From Bacillota bacterium (GTDB taxonomy: Bacteria; Bacillota; Sulfobacillia; Sulfobacillales; Sulfobacillaceae), in NCBI GenBank assembly GCA_021797825.1, contig JAJZZA010000005.1, positions 3,765 to 67,764 on the forward strand: a stretch of DNA of 64,000 bases, written 5' to 3'. The notes beneath the pieces were generated by a model. That model did no database searches and was not told where the DNA came from. It worked only from the letters and a program-made list of their open reading frames with translations. A program made the position numbers and the translations under genes. Below are positions 41,946 to 50,678 of the stretch, piece after piece. How positions within the stretch are numbered: position 1 is the first letter of the stretch; the number at the start of each line of letters is the position of its first letter.

Positions 41946-42842
41946 TTAAAGGCTGAAATGCATCTGCTCGGTGACGCGAAACGGTCGGGGTGAAGGGTAA
42001 CGGGAGGGGATCCCATATTTTTGGTAAAGACGCGCCAGTTGCGTGTGAATCCTGGCTAAGGTTTGGGGATCGGGGTGAGAGTGGTCTTGGTAGACCGCGG
42101 CCACGTTCTGGGCCTGGGCGGGAAAGGACTTAGCCAGTTGAGACAGGAAGTAGGGGCGGACGGCATCGCTTAACCGCAAGGGGGAGGCCATGATGCAGGC
42201 CACACCAGCTTCTTGGGCGGCATGAAACAAGGCATCCAGGGTCTCCGCCGCATCGGTGAGGTGCGGGATGACGGGAGCCAGCAAGAGGGCGGTAGGGATG
42301 CCGGCCGCCGCCAGGGTGTGAATGAGTTGCAGGCGCCGCGTTGGCGAAGCGGTGCCGGGCTCCAACCGACGAAGATCCGCTTCGTCCAACGTAATCAGGC
42401 TGACGTTTAGCTGGCACTGGCCACGGCGCCCCAACGGGCCTAACAGATCGAGGTCGCGTTCCACCAGCGGCGATTTGGTGCACAGGGTGAAGGGATGGCC
42501 GCTCACGGCCAGAGCCGCAATCGCGGCCCGGGTTAACTGGTGGCGGCCCTCGAGGGGCTGGTAGGGGTCGGTCGCCGTGCCCAAGATGATGACCTGTTGC
42601 GGGGGAATCTTGCGCAACTCTTGGGGGAGACGCCGACTCAAATTCGATTTGACGAACAGGACCCGCTCAAAGTCTTCGCCGACCGACAAATCGAAATAGC
42701 GGTGGGTCTCGCGGGCGTAGCAGTAGCGGCACGCGTGGGTGCATCCGCGATAGGGGTTAAGCGACCAGTCAAATCCCAGGCGCGAGCCGGCTGGCACCCG
42801 ATTCAAAAAAGATTGCGCCGATTTCACGTGAATGGTGCGCAT
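41946..42842 (-). CDS. radical SAM protein of the SPL / DNA-repair-photolyase-like (COG1533-type) group
   Basis: WSLNPYRGCTHACRYCYARETH is the CxxxCxxC cluster in the context typical of this group. GAGGAGG lies 5 nt before the ATG. Confidence 0.85.
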   Translation of the reverse strand: MRTIHVKSAQSFLNRVPAGSRLGFDWSLNPYRGCTHACRYCYARETHRYFDLSVGEDFERVLFVKSNLSRRLPQELRKIPPQQVIILGTATDPYQPLEGRHQLTRAAIAALAVSGHPFTLCTKSPLVERDLDLLGPLGRRGQCQLNVSLITLDEADLRRLEPGTASPTRRLQLIHTLAAAGIPTALLLAPVIPHLTDAAETLDALFHAAQEAGVACIMASPLRLSDAVRPYFLSQLAKSFPAQAQNVAAVYQDHSHPDPQTLARIHTQLARLYQKYGIPSRYPSPRPFRVTEQMHFSL

Positions 42843-42871
42843 CGCGGCCTCCTCATACCGAACATATGTTT

Positions 42872-42901
42872 ATATTACCGCAGTTGTTAGCAACTTGGCA
42901 A
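42872..42901 (-). promoter_or_regulatory. candidate promoter of the radical SAM gene
   Basis: On the minus strand the sequence reads TTGCCA, an 18-nt spacer, then TAATAT. Confidence 0.4.
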
Positions 42902-42965
42902 ATGTCTGTCATCGTTTTGTCATGATTCTTGACGACGATGTAAAAAAAAGCGCCAAGGCGGGGGG

Positions 42966-44609
42966 ATGGACGTGTCCGATTTGGCGGGATGGGTGTCGGC
43001 CAGCCCGGGGATCGACGCCGAACCGACCCGCCGCCTGTTGCGGGCCGCAGGACTCCGCGACCTCACCACGGCGGCCAGTGCGGGCGCCTCGCTGGGGGTC
43101 GGAAGTAGAGCGGGCCGGGCAGCTTCGCATCTGCATCACGAGCCTGGCCTCATGGTGGCGATGGTTGGCGACCTCGCCAATGGCCGTCAGTTGGCGGAGG
43201 CGCTGGGTATGGCGGACGATGGTCGGCAGTCGGCAGCCGCGCTGCTGGGAGCCGCCTACCGGCGATGGGGGACGGCGGCCTTCGGACGTTGCCGCGGCTC
43301 ATTTTCGGCGATACTGTGGGACGCGTCCACAGGGGCCATGCTGCTGATCAGCGATAGGGCGGGCGCCTTTCCCTTGTATTGGACCAACGTGGCGGGCCAG
43401 GTCATGGTATCGACCCGGATTTCGGCATTTCGGGCGTGCAAAGAGTTTGCGCCCCGAGCCGACGCGGAGCGGTTGGCCCAATGGCTCGGCGGGCTGTTGC
43501 CCGATGCGGAAACCATTTTGCCCGGGGTGAAGCGGGTGGCGGCGGGGGCGGTGGCGCGTTTGCAAGCGGACCGCCCGCCGCTGGTGGTGCCGGCGGCACC
43601 GTTAGGCGATCCTCCTCCCTCGCGGTACCGATACGCGGTGGACGCCATGGAAGATCGACTGCGGGACGCGGTGCGGCTTCGTGCCGTGCCCGATAGCCAG
43701 ACGAGCGGCATCTGGCTGGACGGGACCTTGCAAGCGCTCGTGCTGGCCGCGTTGGCAGTGCGCGAGGGGGCCGCCGACGGGCCCCTGCTGTGGAATCCCG
43801 ACGCGGCCGGCGCTGGGGACGCCCGGGTTGTGCGCACGGTGCAGCGCGATCTCGGGGTCGGGCTTGACGAGGTGACCCGCCGAGTCGAACCGGACGAGCT
43901 GGAATGGGCGATCCGGGAAATGCCGGAACCAAGCGCCAATCCGGCCGTGTTCCGGCTGCTGCCGGTATTGGCGGCGTGTTCGAACCGTATCGGGGATGTA
44001 TGGGCGGCCGCGGGCTGGACGGGCCTGGGCGGTCGTCGCGGCGACGCGGGGTGTGGGGTGTGCGAACTGGTCACGCCCGGGGCCCAGGCTGGCCACCGGG
44101 CCTCCCTGCCCCCCCGATCTGTCCCTGCTCCGGTGGCGCGGCCCGAGCGCGTGGTTGGCATCCTCACCGCGCTCGGCGTTTCGCGAGGCATCCGGGTGAT
44201 CGCGCCCTGGGGGGATCCACGGGTCTCCGTTTGGGCGGACGGTCTGCCCCCGGCGTGGCGGCGGCGACGGTTGGGCCGGCCCGATTTGCTGCAGGCGGTC
44301 GCGGCCAGGGTGATGACCCCGGCTGCGGCCAGAATGTCGCAGGGTGAACGGCCCTGGGCGCTGACGCCGCGCTGGCGGGCCTGGATTGGGGATTTGCTGG
44401 CGGGCCGGGCCATGCGTGAGCGGGGACTTTGGCGGATGGGCGAGTTTTGGTCCTATTATCAACACCTCGCGCAGGCCGACGGCCAACCCCTGCGGCCGGG
44501 ATTTCTGGATTCGCTCATCGCGGAACGCTGGTTGCAGCACGTGCTTTCGGCCCCCGACGGTACGCAGGAAGGGCAGGTGACGGGTGCCGATGCGGGTAGA
44601 GGATTATGA
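42966..44609 (+). CDS. asparagine synthase-like protein with degenerate catalytic motifs
   Basis: It aligns by eye to the window's own AsnB. MVAMVGDLANGRQLAEAL ... RGSFSAILWDASTGAMLLISDRAGAFPLYW corresponds to VVNGEIYNYRELRDEL ... [30 protein letters not shown]. There is no N-terminal Cys (the protein starts MDVSDLAG). The PP-loop position reads GIWLDGTLQALVLAAL instead of SGGxDSS. Confidence 0.7.
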   Translation: MDVSDLAGWVSASPGIDAEPTRRLLRAAGLRDLTTAASAGASLGVGSRAGRAASHLHHEPGLMVAMVGDLANGRQLAEALGMADDGRQSAAALLGAAYRRWGTAAFGRCRGSFSAILWDASTGAMLLISDRAGAFPLYWTNVAGQVMVSTRISAFRACKEFAPRADAERLAQWLGGLLPDAETILPGVKRVAAGAVARLQADRPPLVVPAAPLGDPPPSRYRYAVDAMEDRLRDAVRLRAVPDSQTSGIWLDGTLQALVLAALAVREGAADGPLLWNPDAAGAGDARVVRTVQRDLGVGLDEVTRRVEPDELEWAIREMPEPSANPAVFRLLPVLAACSNRIGDVWAAAGWTGLGGRRGDAGCGVCELVTPGAQAGHRASLPPRSVPAPVARPERVVGILTALGVSRGIRVIAPWGDPRVSVWADGLPPAWRRRRLGRPDLLQAVAARVMTPAAARMSQGERPWALTPRWRAWIGDLLAGRAMRERGLWRMGEFWSYYQHLAQADGQPLRPGFLDSLIAERWLQHVLSAPDGTQEGQVTGADAGRGL

Positions 44610-45525
44610 CCGATTCGGTTTTTCGTACCAGGATTATTGGACTGAGCGCCAATACGAGCACCTGGCGGAAATGCTGGCGCTGACGCGCCTGCTCCGGCCG
44701 GAGCGCGGGTGGCTGGCCGATTTTGGCGCGGGATTCGGGCGCTTGGGGGAAGCCTACGCCGGCACTCATGAAGGGGTTGTGCTGGTCGACTACTCGCTTG
44801 CCCTCTTGCGCCAGGCTCAGCGGCGGCTGGGCGGAGAAAGCCGCAACCGTTTGTGGGTGGCGGCCAATCTCTACCATTTGCCGTTTCGGACGGGCGTGCT
44901 GACCACGGGCCTGATGGTCCGGGTGCTGCACCATCTGGCGGCCAGCGAGCGCGCCCTGGCCGAGGTCGGCCGCGTCATCCAAAAGCAGTGGGTGCTGGAA
45001 GTCCCCAACAAGCGTCATGGCTTGGCACGGGTGCGGAGCGGGCTCGGCCGGGGAACCCGTGGAGAGATTCGCGGTTGGCACGCGGTCAACATTGCCACGG
45101 AGCCGGGCGGGGTGTTTTTAAACTACCACCCGCCCGCGCTAATCCGCAGTTTGCGGCGAAAAGGCTGGCAAATGGAGTCCGTGCGGAGCCTGTCGAATTT
45201 TCGCAGTGCCTGCCTAAAACGCCTGCTGCCCGCCCCCCTGCTGGCGAAACTGGACTTTATGGTCCAGACCCCGGCGGGAACGCTGGGATGGGGCCCGAGC
45301 ATGATGTATCGCTTGACCCGGCCGTATCAGCCGGCGGCAACGACCCCGGAATGGCCGGAATTGTTGTGCTGCCCCGCTTGCCGCGGGACTTTGCTCACCC
45401 CTGCGGCTGAGCGGATGGATTGCGCGAGCTGCCTTCGACGTTACGTGAAAACCGGCGGGATTTGGGACTTGCGCTGGCCGCCTGCGGGCGGTGACGGGGA
45501 TAGGGGTGGGGCACCCCGCGACTGA
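44590..45525 (+). CDS. class I SAM-dependent methyltransferase with a C-terminal Trm112-like Cys4 ribbon
   Basis: Motif I is WLADFGAGFGRLGEAY. The ribbon is LLCCPACRGTLLTPAAERMDCASCLRRYVKTGGIWDL. The start overlaps the end of the upstream gene by 20 nt. Confidence 0.8.
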   Translation: MRVEDYDRFGFSYQDYWTERQYEHLAEMLALTRLLRPERGWLADFGAGFGRLGEAYAGTHEGVVLVDYSLALLRQAQRRLGGESRNRLWVAANLYHLPFRTGVLTTGLMVRVLHHLAASERALAEVGRVIQKQWVLEVPNKRHGLARVRSGLGRGTRGEIRGWHAVNIATEPGGVFLNYHPPALIRSLRRKGWQMESVRSLSNFRSACLKRLLPAPLLAKLDFMVQTPAGTLGWGPSMMYRLTRPYQPAATTPEWPELLCCPACRGTLLTPAAERMDCASCLRRYVKTGGIWDLRWPPAGGDGDRGGAPRD

Positions 45526-45824
45526 GCGCAGCCCCGGCTCGGCACGGGCCGGTTTGGCCGGGCAATCGCACAGCCATGGTTCGCTGGGTGACTCGGTGTG
45601 CGTCCTGGATGTTGAGCAGGCCCTCTGGGCGTGCCGGGTTCTCATCAACAGCACGTGATACGATGTCATGAGGGGACCCCGGCGTCGCTTGATATCAGGT
45701 TGCTCGGGGGTGGGAGTCTTTAACCTTTAATGGCAACGGGCAGGTCGCCCTCGACGAAACCGCGGACAGGGTTGGTTGCCACCCCAATCATGCGTCCGGG
45801 CGCGGTGGGGGAAAAGGGGGGGCC

Positions 45825-46247
45825 ATGGGCAAAAAACGACGACAGTCGTCTATTCCGCGACGAAAGCGGATGCGACGCAGCGGACGGCTGCAAGCGGGCA
45901 AAACCTGGCTTGCCCGGTACTCCGGCAAGCATGTGGTCAAGGCCTATGCCAAGAACTTTGGAGTGGATGTGGAGTGCGCCATCGCGGAACTGCAGATGCT
46001 GGGCCACCCCTTGGAGGCCGCCGAACTAACGAGGCTGCGACGGGATGAAAAAGCGCGAATTGACGGCCGGCGGGCGCGGAAATTGGTGCGGTCGGCAACC
46101 CCTGCCGACGACATCGGGTTTTGGGATCTATTCCCCGTCGGCTGGGAGACGGCGGTGGACGACGACGCGGGCCGGGTTGGGGAGCGAGACCCAGCGAGGG
46201 AGACTGACGGCGAGGCGATGTTCCCGGACGGGCTTTGGCCGTTCTAG
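45825..46247 (+). CDS. hypothetical protein with a strongly basic N-terminus and an acidic Trp/Phe-containing C-terminus
   Basis: ATG is preceded by GGGGGAAAAGGGGGGG, and third-position GC is coding-like. The sequence is MGKKRRQSSIPRRKRMRRSGRLQAGKTWLARYSGKHVVKAYAKNFGVDVECAIAELQMLG ... FWDLFPVGWETAVDDD ... FPDGLWPF. I recognised no family. Confidence 0.55.
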   Translation: MGKKRRQSSIPRRKRMRRSGRLQAGKTWLARYSGKHVVKAYAKNFGVDVECAIAELQMLGHPLEAAELTRLRRDEKARIDGRRARKLVRSATPADDIGFWDLFPVGWETAVDDDAGRVGERDPARETDGEAMFPDGLWPF

Positions 46248-46386
46248 GCGGCTAGAATAGCCAACGTGCGGGCTTTGGCCGGCCCCGGGTGAGCGCGGCA
46301 GGGCCGCCGAGATGGCTTTAAGGGCTGTGGTTAAAGTGGCCGGGAAGGCTTTAGGCGAGCCTTCCCGGAGCGACAGGTGGATAAGG

Positions 46387-46626
46387 CTACTGACCGGCGG
46401 CCGGCGACGAGTCGGCGGCCCCTCCGGTTTGCTGCAACCCCGACTGAACATTGGGACCGGACTGCAGGTTGGCGCCGGACTGGAGATTGGCGCCTGACGA
46501 CACCGCCTGGGTGCTGACTGCGGTGGGCGTGGTCGGCGCGCCGTGGGCCGATGCCGCCACCGGGGCGGCCAGACTTCCTGCCGCCAGCAACAAGCCGGCG
46601 GCGGAGCGAACGATCCAAGGTGACAT
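46387..46626 (-). CDS. small secreted protein with G-x-N-[LV]-Q-S hexapeptide repeats
   Basis: GAGGAGG lies 7 nt before ATG 46626. MSPWIVRSAAGLLLAAGSLAAPVAASA/HG is a signal peptide. It is followed by SGANLQSGANLQSGPNVQSGLQQTG. The gene lies 90 nt downstream of the histidine kinase gene on the same strand. Confidence 0.6.
   Translation of the reverse strand: MSPWIVRSAAGLLLAAGSLAAPVAASAHGAPTTPTAVSTQAVSSGANLQSGANLQSGPNVQSGLQQTGGAADSSPAAGQ
46423..46494. repeat. four tandem 18-bp units encoding the hexapeptide repeat
   Basis: Plus-strand units are 46477-46494 GGACTGGAGATTGGCGCC, 46459-46476 GGACTGCAGGTTGGCGCC, 46441-46458 CGACTGAACATTGGGACC and 46423-46440, which is degenerate. Confidence 0.8.
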
Positions 46627-46715
46627 TGAGATCCTCCTCTAAACAGTGAGATGGCGGAACTTGGCGTCCCAGTGTCAGCATGGGCTCGCACCATGAACAC
46701 GGGGTAACGGGCGCA

Positions 46716-48113
46716 TTACAATTCTCTGACCACCGGTTCGGGCGGCAGTGTGATGCGGACCAGGGCACCGTGCGGCAAATGGTTTAGAGCCTGGATGGTG
46801 CCGCCGTGGCGCTCGACGATGGTGCGGGCCAGCGCCAAGCCGAGGCCGGCGCCGTGGCTGCCGGAATGCTTGGCAAACGGATGGAACAGATAGGGGAGCA
46901 AGTCTGGGGGGAATCCCGGGCCGTCGTCGCTAAATTCCATCACCAGCGGGCCGGATTCGGCGGGGGGGTTTATGGTCAGGTGCGCGGAGGGCGAGTCGGG
47001 AGCGTGTTTGGCGGTGTTGGCCAGCAGAATATCCAACACTTCGAACATCATCGCCTGGTCCCAATGCACCGTGATGTCCGGCAGCGGGGCGGTGATGCGG
47101 GGGGGATTGGCCTGACGGGCGGCCCATTTTTGCAGCAGCGAGGCGAGCGGCGCAGCCTCCCGCCGCACCTCCTCAAACCCTTCGAGCGCGGCCAGCCGCA
47201 GGATGGTTTCGACCGTCGCGTTAAGCCGCGCCAATTGCCCAGCCATGACGTCCAGTGATTCTTTGACCAGACTGGGATCGTGCAGGCCCCAGCGCTCGAG
47301 CATGGAGACGTAGCCCATCACCGACGCCAACGGGGTGCGCAGCTGGTGGGAGGCCTGGGCGACCACCAGTTCCTGACGGGTGAAGCTTTCCTGCAGCCGA
47401 TCCAGCATGCGATTAAACGATTCCGCAAGCACCCAGACTTCGTCGCGAGGCCCGACCGGCGCGATGCGCCGGTTTAAGTCGTGGCCGGAATTGATCTGCA
47501 GCAGGATTCGGGTCAGGCGCCGCACCCGCCCGTAGGAACGGTAGGAGACGAAGGCGATGACCAGCGCCAGCGACCCCAAAATCGCCGCCCCGACCGTCAT
47601 CAGTCCCTGGCCGACCGTATTGACCGCCGAAATCGCCGGGGCCAGCGAGACGGCGGCTTCGACCCGGCCTACCATCACCCCGTATTGCGTAATGGGAGCC
47701 GAGGCCCACACCGCCGGGCCGGAGGGGAGCTGCACCAGGGGCAGCGCGACCCCCCAGAGCGGGATGGCTCCCCAATGCAGGGGCACCCAGGCCGGTGGCG
47801 AGTTGGGCAAAGAGACCGGCAAGTTGGCAGACCGCTGTACCACCGCGCCCGCGCTGGAAACCTGCAGAAAAACCTGATGGCGGCCCGCCGCCATGGCCAC
47901 CATGCCGGGATCGCCCAGCGAGAGATGCTGGCTGGCGGCACTGGGCACGGAGGCCAAGGCTGCCGACTGCTGCGCCAGGGTGCGGGCGGTCTGCGCGGCG
48001 CTTTGGCTCAGGTGCAGGCCGACATCCCACAACAGGGCGCTTCCCAAAATGCCCAGCGCCAGCACAATGCTGACCAGCGACCAGAGGGTCAGGCGGGCGG
48101 CCAGACTGTTCAC
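46716..48113 (-). CDS. sensor histidine kinase (two TM, periplasmic loop, HAMP, HisKA, HATPase_c)
   Basis: The H-box is ASHQLRTPLASVMGY. The G-boxes are DDGPGFP and GAGLGLALARTIVERHGG. GTG 48113 overlaps the regulator stop (GTGA). Confidence 0.9.
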   Translation of the reverse strand: MNSLAARLTLWSLVSIVLALGILGSALLWDVGLHLSQSAAQTARTLAQQSAALASVPSAASQHLSLGDPGMVAMAAGRHQVFLQVSSAGAVVQRSANLPVSLPNSPPAWVPLHWGAIPLWGVALPLVQLPSGPAVWASAPITQYGVMVGRVEAAVSLAPAISAVNTVGQGLMTVGAAILGSLALVIAFVSYRSYGRVRRLTRILLQINSGHDLNRRIAPVGPRDEVWVLAESFNRMLDRLQESFTRQELVVAQASHQLRTPLASVMGYVSMLERWGLHDPSLVKESLDVMAGQLARLNATVETILRLAALEGFEEVRREAAPLASLLQKWAARQANPPRITAPLPDITVHWDQAMMFEVLDILLANTAKHAPDSPSAHLTINPPAESGPLVMEFSDDGPGFPPDLLPYLFHPFAKHSGSHGAGLGLALARTIVERHGGTIQALNHLPHGALVRITLPPEPVVREL

Positions 48114-48784
48114 GTGGACCGCACCACATATCCCACCCCGCGGACGGTTTCGATTGCCAGTTGACTGTTGCTGTCGTGCAGTTTTCGCCGGAGGCGGCTT
48201 ACGGTGACGTCGACGATGTTGGTCTCTCCGGCGTAATCAAAGCCCCAGATCTGCTCGAGCAGGCGGTTGCGCGATTGCACCCAGTCCCGGTTTAGCAGCA
48301 GGTGCTCCAGCAGCTGGTATTCCAACGGGCTTAACAGCATGGCCTGGCCGGCCACCTCAATCCGGTGCTGGTCGCGAAACAGGGTCACGTCGCGGGCCAA
48401 GAGGGTTCTGCCGCCTGCCAGCGGCCCATTGCGGCGCCGGACCACGGAGCGCACGCGCGCTGCCAATTCCTCCATGTTGACCGGTTTGACCAGATAGTCG
48501 TCGGCGCCGACATCGAGTCCGGCTACCTTATCCGGCACTTGCCCGCGGGCGGTTAGCATAATCACCCCGATGTCGGAGGTCTGGCGCACCCGCCGACACA
48601 CCTCAAGACCGCTCATGTCGGGTAGCATGACGTCGAGCAGCAAACAGTCAAACCGCTTTTCCCGCAGGCGGTTAAGCGCGCTCCGGCCTTCGGCCACCGC
48701 GTCGACGGCAAATCCGCAATGGGTGAGTTCCAGTTCCAAAAGACGCGCCAGCGACTGTTCGTCTTCCACCACCAGTACCTGCAT
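48110..48784 (-). CDS. OmpR-family response regulator
   Basis: ATG 48784 (AAGGGGGA 5 nt upstream) gives MQVLVVEDEQSLARLLELEL ... CLLLDVMLPDMSG ... MLTARG. The winged-helix part is LSPLEYQLLEHLLLN ... RRKL ... IETVRGVGY. The upstream 58 aa of the track ORF are unsupported. Confidence 0.9.
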   Translation of the reverse strand: MQVLVVEDEQSLARLLELELTHCGFAVDAVAEGRSALNRLREKRFDCLLLDVMLPDMSGLEVCRRVRQTSDIGVIMLTARGQVPDKVAGLDVGADDYLVKPVNMEELAARVRSVVRRRNGPLAGGRTLLARDVTLFRDQHRIEVAGQAMLLSPLEYQLLEHLLLNRDWVQSRNRLLEQIWGFDYAGETNIVDVTVSRLRRKLHDSNSQLAIETVRGVGYVVRST

Positions 48785-49085
48785 GAGGTCCCCCTTTGGG
48801 TGTCGGGGAAATCGGCCCTGTCCCGCCGCCATCATCCGCGGGAGATTCCCCGACGTTCCCCATCCAATCGATCCAGTGCCCCCATTATAGCAAGCCCTCG
48901 ACGCGCGGCGCGTGACTGCGGGCGACCCGGCGGCGGGGTGACCCGACGGCACCGGCAACGGGCGCGGATTTGCCGACGCGCCGCCTGGACGGCCCGGGTG
49001 AAGGCCGCATTTCCGCCGCGCCGCGGGTGGTTAAGGCCCTCGCCACCGGATTCGCTCCGGCTGGCGGGGACGACCTGGCGCAAAG

Positions 49086-49094
49086 TGGTATCAT
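49086..49094 (+). promoter_or_regulatory. extended -10-like element TGGTATCAT upstream of the small membrane protein gene
   Basis: TGnTATCAT lies 70 nt upstream of ATG 49164. Confidence 0.3.
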
Positions 49095-49163
49095 GCAAGA
49101 AAAGGCCTCTTGATGCCTGCAGGCAACGGCAGGCGGTTCGGTTGGGGGAAAGGAGCGCGGGCG

Positions 49164-49448
49164 ATGGGACGGACACTGGCGGGAATCGGCATTGCGGTCA
49201 ATCTCTTCATCCCGGGAGTTGGCACGCTCATCATGGGCAAATGGCTCAGCGGGGGTTTGCAAGTGGCGGGATTGGCGCTGGTGGGATTGCTGCATCTCAT
49301 CAGTATCGGGCTCTTGGGCTTTGTGTTCGGCCCGGTTGCCGCCCTGCTTTGGGGCGGGATCTGGGTTTGGGCGCTGGTCGGCGGGATTTTGACGTATGTC
49401 GACCGCAGGATTGGCGGCCGGGATCCGCGCCGTCTGGGGTCTTCGTGA
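49164..49448 (+). CDS. small membrane protein (3 hydrophobic segments)
   Basis: AAAGGAG lies 8 nt before ATG 49164. The sequence is MGRTLAGIGIAVNLFIPGVGTLIMGKWLSGGLQVAGLALVGLLHLISIGLLGFVFGPVAALLWGGIWVWALVGGIL. Confidence 0.55.
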   Translation: MGRTLAGIGIAVNLFIPGVGTLIMGKWLSGGLQVAGLALVGLLHLISIGLLGFVFGPVAALLWGGIWVWALVGGILTYVDRRIGGRDPRRLGSS

Positions 49449-49876
49449 AAAGCGCCCGCTTGTTCGTGTATGGCAGCCTGCGGTTGCCGGCAGTGCAGGC
49501 CGCGCTGCTGGGACACCGGTTGCCATCGTGGCCGGCCGCGATCCGCGGCTACCGCGCCTGGACCTGGTCGGACTTGCCCTATCCGGCGGTGTGGCCGCAG
49601 GCGGGCGGAACGGTCCAGGGGCAGGTGCTGCGGGTGCCAACCGGGGACTGGCGGCTTTTGGATGCCTGGGAGGAGACTCCCCGCCGCTACCGCCGCCGGC
49701 CGGTGACGGTCCGCTTGGCCGACGGGCGGACTTGGCATGCCGAGGTGTATGTGGCGGCGATATTTCCCGGGCCTGTGCCCTGGCGGGGACCGGAACAGCT
49801 GCCCCCGCTTGAGGCGCTAGCGGCGGAGGCGGCGGGGGTGCGGCGCGCGGAGTTGGGCGGTCGGCAGTCCCTGTAG
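49445..49876 (+). CDS. gamma-glutamylcyclotransferase-like (AIG2/GGACT fold) protein
   Basis: GTG 49445 overlaps the upstream stop (GTGA). (M)KSARLFVYGSLRLPAVQAALLG ... GYRAW ... LPYPAVWP ... VQGQVLRV ... LDAWEETPRRYRR fits the AIG2-like pattern. Only the last ~143 codons of the 385-aa track ORF appear to be real. Confidence 0.75.
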   Translation: MKSARLFVYGSLRLPAVQAALLGHRLPSWPAAIRGYRAWTWSDLPYPAVWPQAGGTVQGQVLRVPTGDWRLLDAWEETPRRYRRRPVTVRLADGRTWHAEVYVAAIFPGPVPWRGPEQLPPLEALAAEAAGVRRAELGGRQSL

Positions 49877-49907
49877 CGGCCAGCCGCTAAACTCTCCCCA
49901 TGTCCGG

Positions 49908-50678
49908 TTACGGCAGGGTACGACCCAAAAACCGGCCCAGATTGGTCGTGGTCTGCGTGGCCCAGCCCCGATCCGGCAAGGGATGGACCCGGTCGAGCCA
50001 GGTGGCCAGCGCCCGCAGGTCGCGGGGCGAACTGGCTGGAGCCGGGTGGGGACCATGGGGCCAGGGCGCATCGGTTTCCAATAATATGCGGTCAACCCGC
50101 AGGTGCGCCAGCAACTCCTGGTCGCGAGCCCGCCACGTCACCTCGGGCGTGATGCCCACGTAATAGCCCAAGCGCACGATTTCCCGCACGTCTTCCGGCG
50201 ACGCCTTTAACCAGTGAAAGACCACCGCGGCCAACCGGAAGCGGGCGAGGGACTCCAGCATCGGCCGCACCGCGGTGTGAACCGCATGGACAATCACCGG
50301 CAGCCCGCGGTCTTGCGCTATTTGCAACTGACGGGCGCTGAGGGCGGCGTGGTAATCACGGCCGGCCTGGTCGACCGCATGATAGTAGGGCTGTCCGATC
50401 TCTCCCAGCACATCCACCTGGCCCTGGCCAATGGCCGCCGCGAGCCGGTCGAGGGCTTCGGGATCATGGCGCTCCCGCTCGGGGTGCAGCCCATAGGCGT
50501 GCCACCAGCGCCAACCCGGCACGGCTTGCGCGATGTTACGGGCCAAACGCCGGGTAGCGCGCCAACTGGCGTCGTCGCCCGATACCGCCACCGCCCCGGT
50601 GACGCCGGCCAGGGCCGCGCGGCGAATTTGCTCCAATGGGGCGGGCATCGCATCCAGGTGCAGATGGCTGTCGATCAC
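49908..50678 (-). CDS. TatD-family metal-dependent hydrolase
   Basis: GTG 50678 overlaps the stop of the thioesterase gene (GTGA) and gives (M)IDSHLHLD. Further His/Asp/Glu positions are typical of TatD (WWHAYGLHPE, EIGQPYYH, PVIVHAV, LETDAPW). Confidence 0.85.
   Translation of the reverse strand: MIDSHLHLDAMPAPLEQIRRAALAGVTGAVAVSGDDASWRATRRLARNIAQAVPGWRWWHAYGLHPERERHDPEALDRLAAAIGQGQVDVLGEIGQPYYHAVDQAGRDYHAALSARQLQIAQDRGLPVIVHAVHTAVRPMLESLARFRLAAVVFHWLKASPEDVREIVRLGYYVGITPEVTWRARDQELLAHLRVDRILLETDAPWPHGPHPAPASSPRDLRALATWLDRVHPLPDRGWATQTTTNLGRFLGRTLP

Noticed and set aside
43256-44540. 385-aa and 312-aa minus-strand ORFs
   Set aside because: They are antisense to the AsnB-like gene. They are Arg/Pro/Ser/Ala-rich with no SD and no motifs.
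42966-44609. The AsnB-like protein as a lasso-peptide cyclase (McjC-type)
   Set aside because: There is no transglutaminase-like B protein, no RRE/PqqD, no precursor-like small ORF and no dedicated exporter adjacent. The ATP-pyrophosphatase P-loop that lasso cyclases need is degenerate.
48719-49444. N-terminal 240 codons of the 385-aa track ORF
   Set aside because: This part runs antisense through the response-regulator gene and across another gene (49164-49448) in a different frame. Only the C-terminal GGCT-like part, from GTG 49445, is protein-like.
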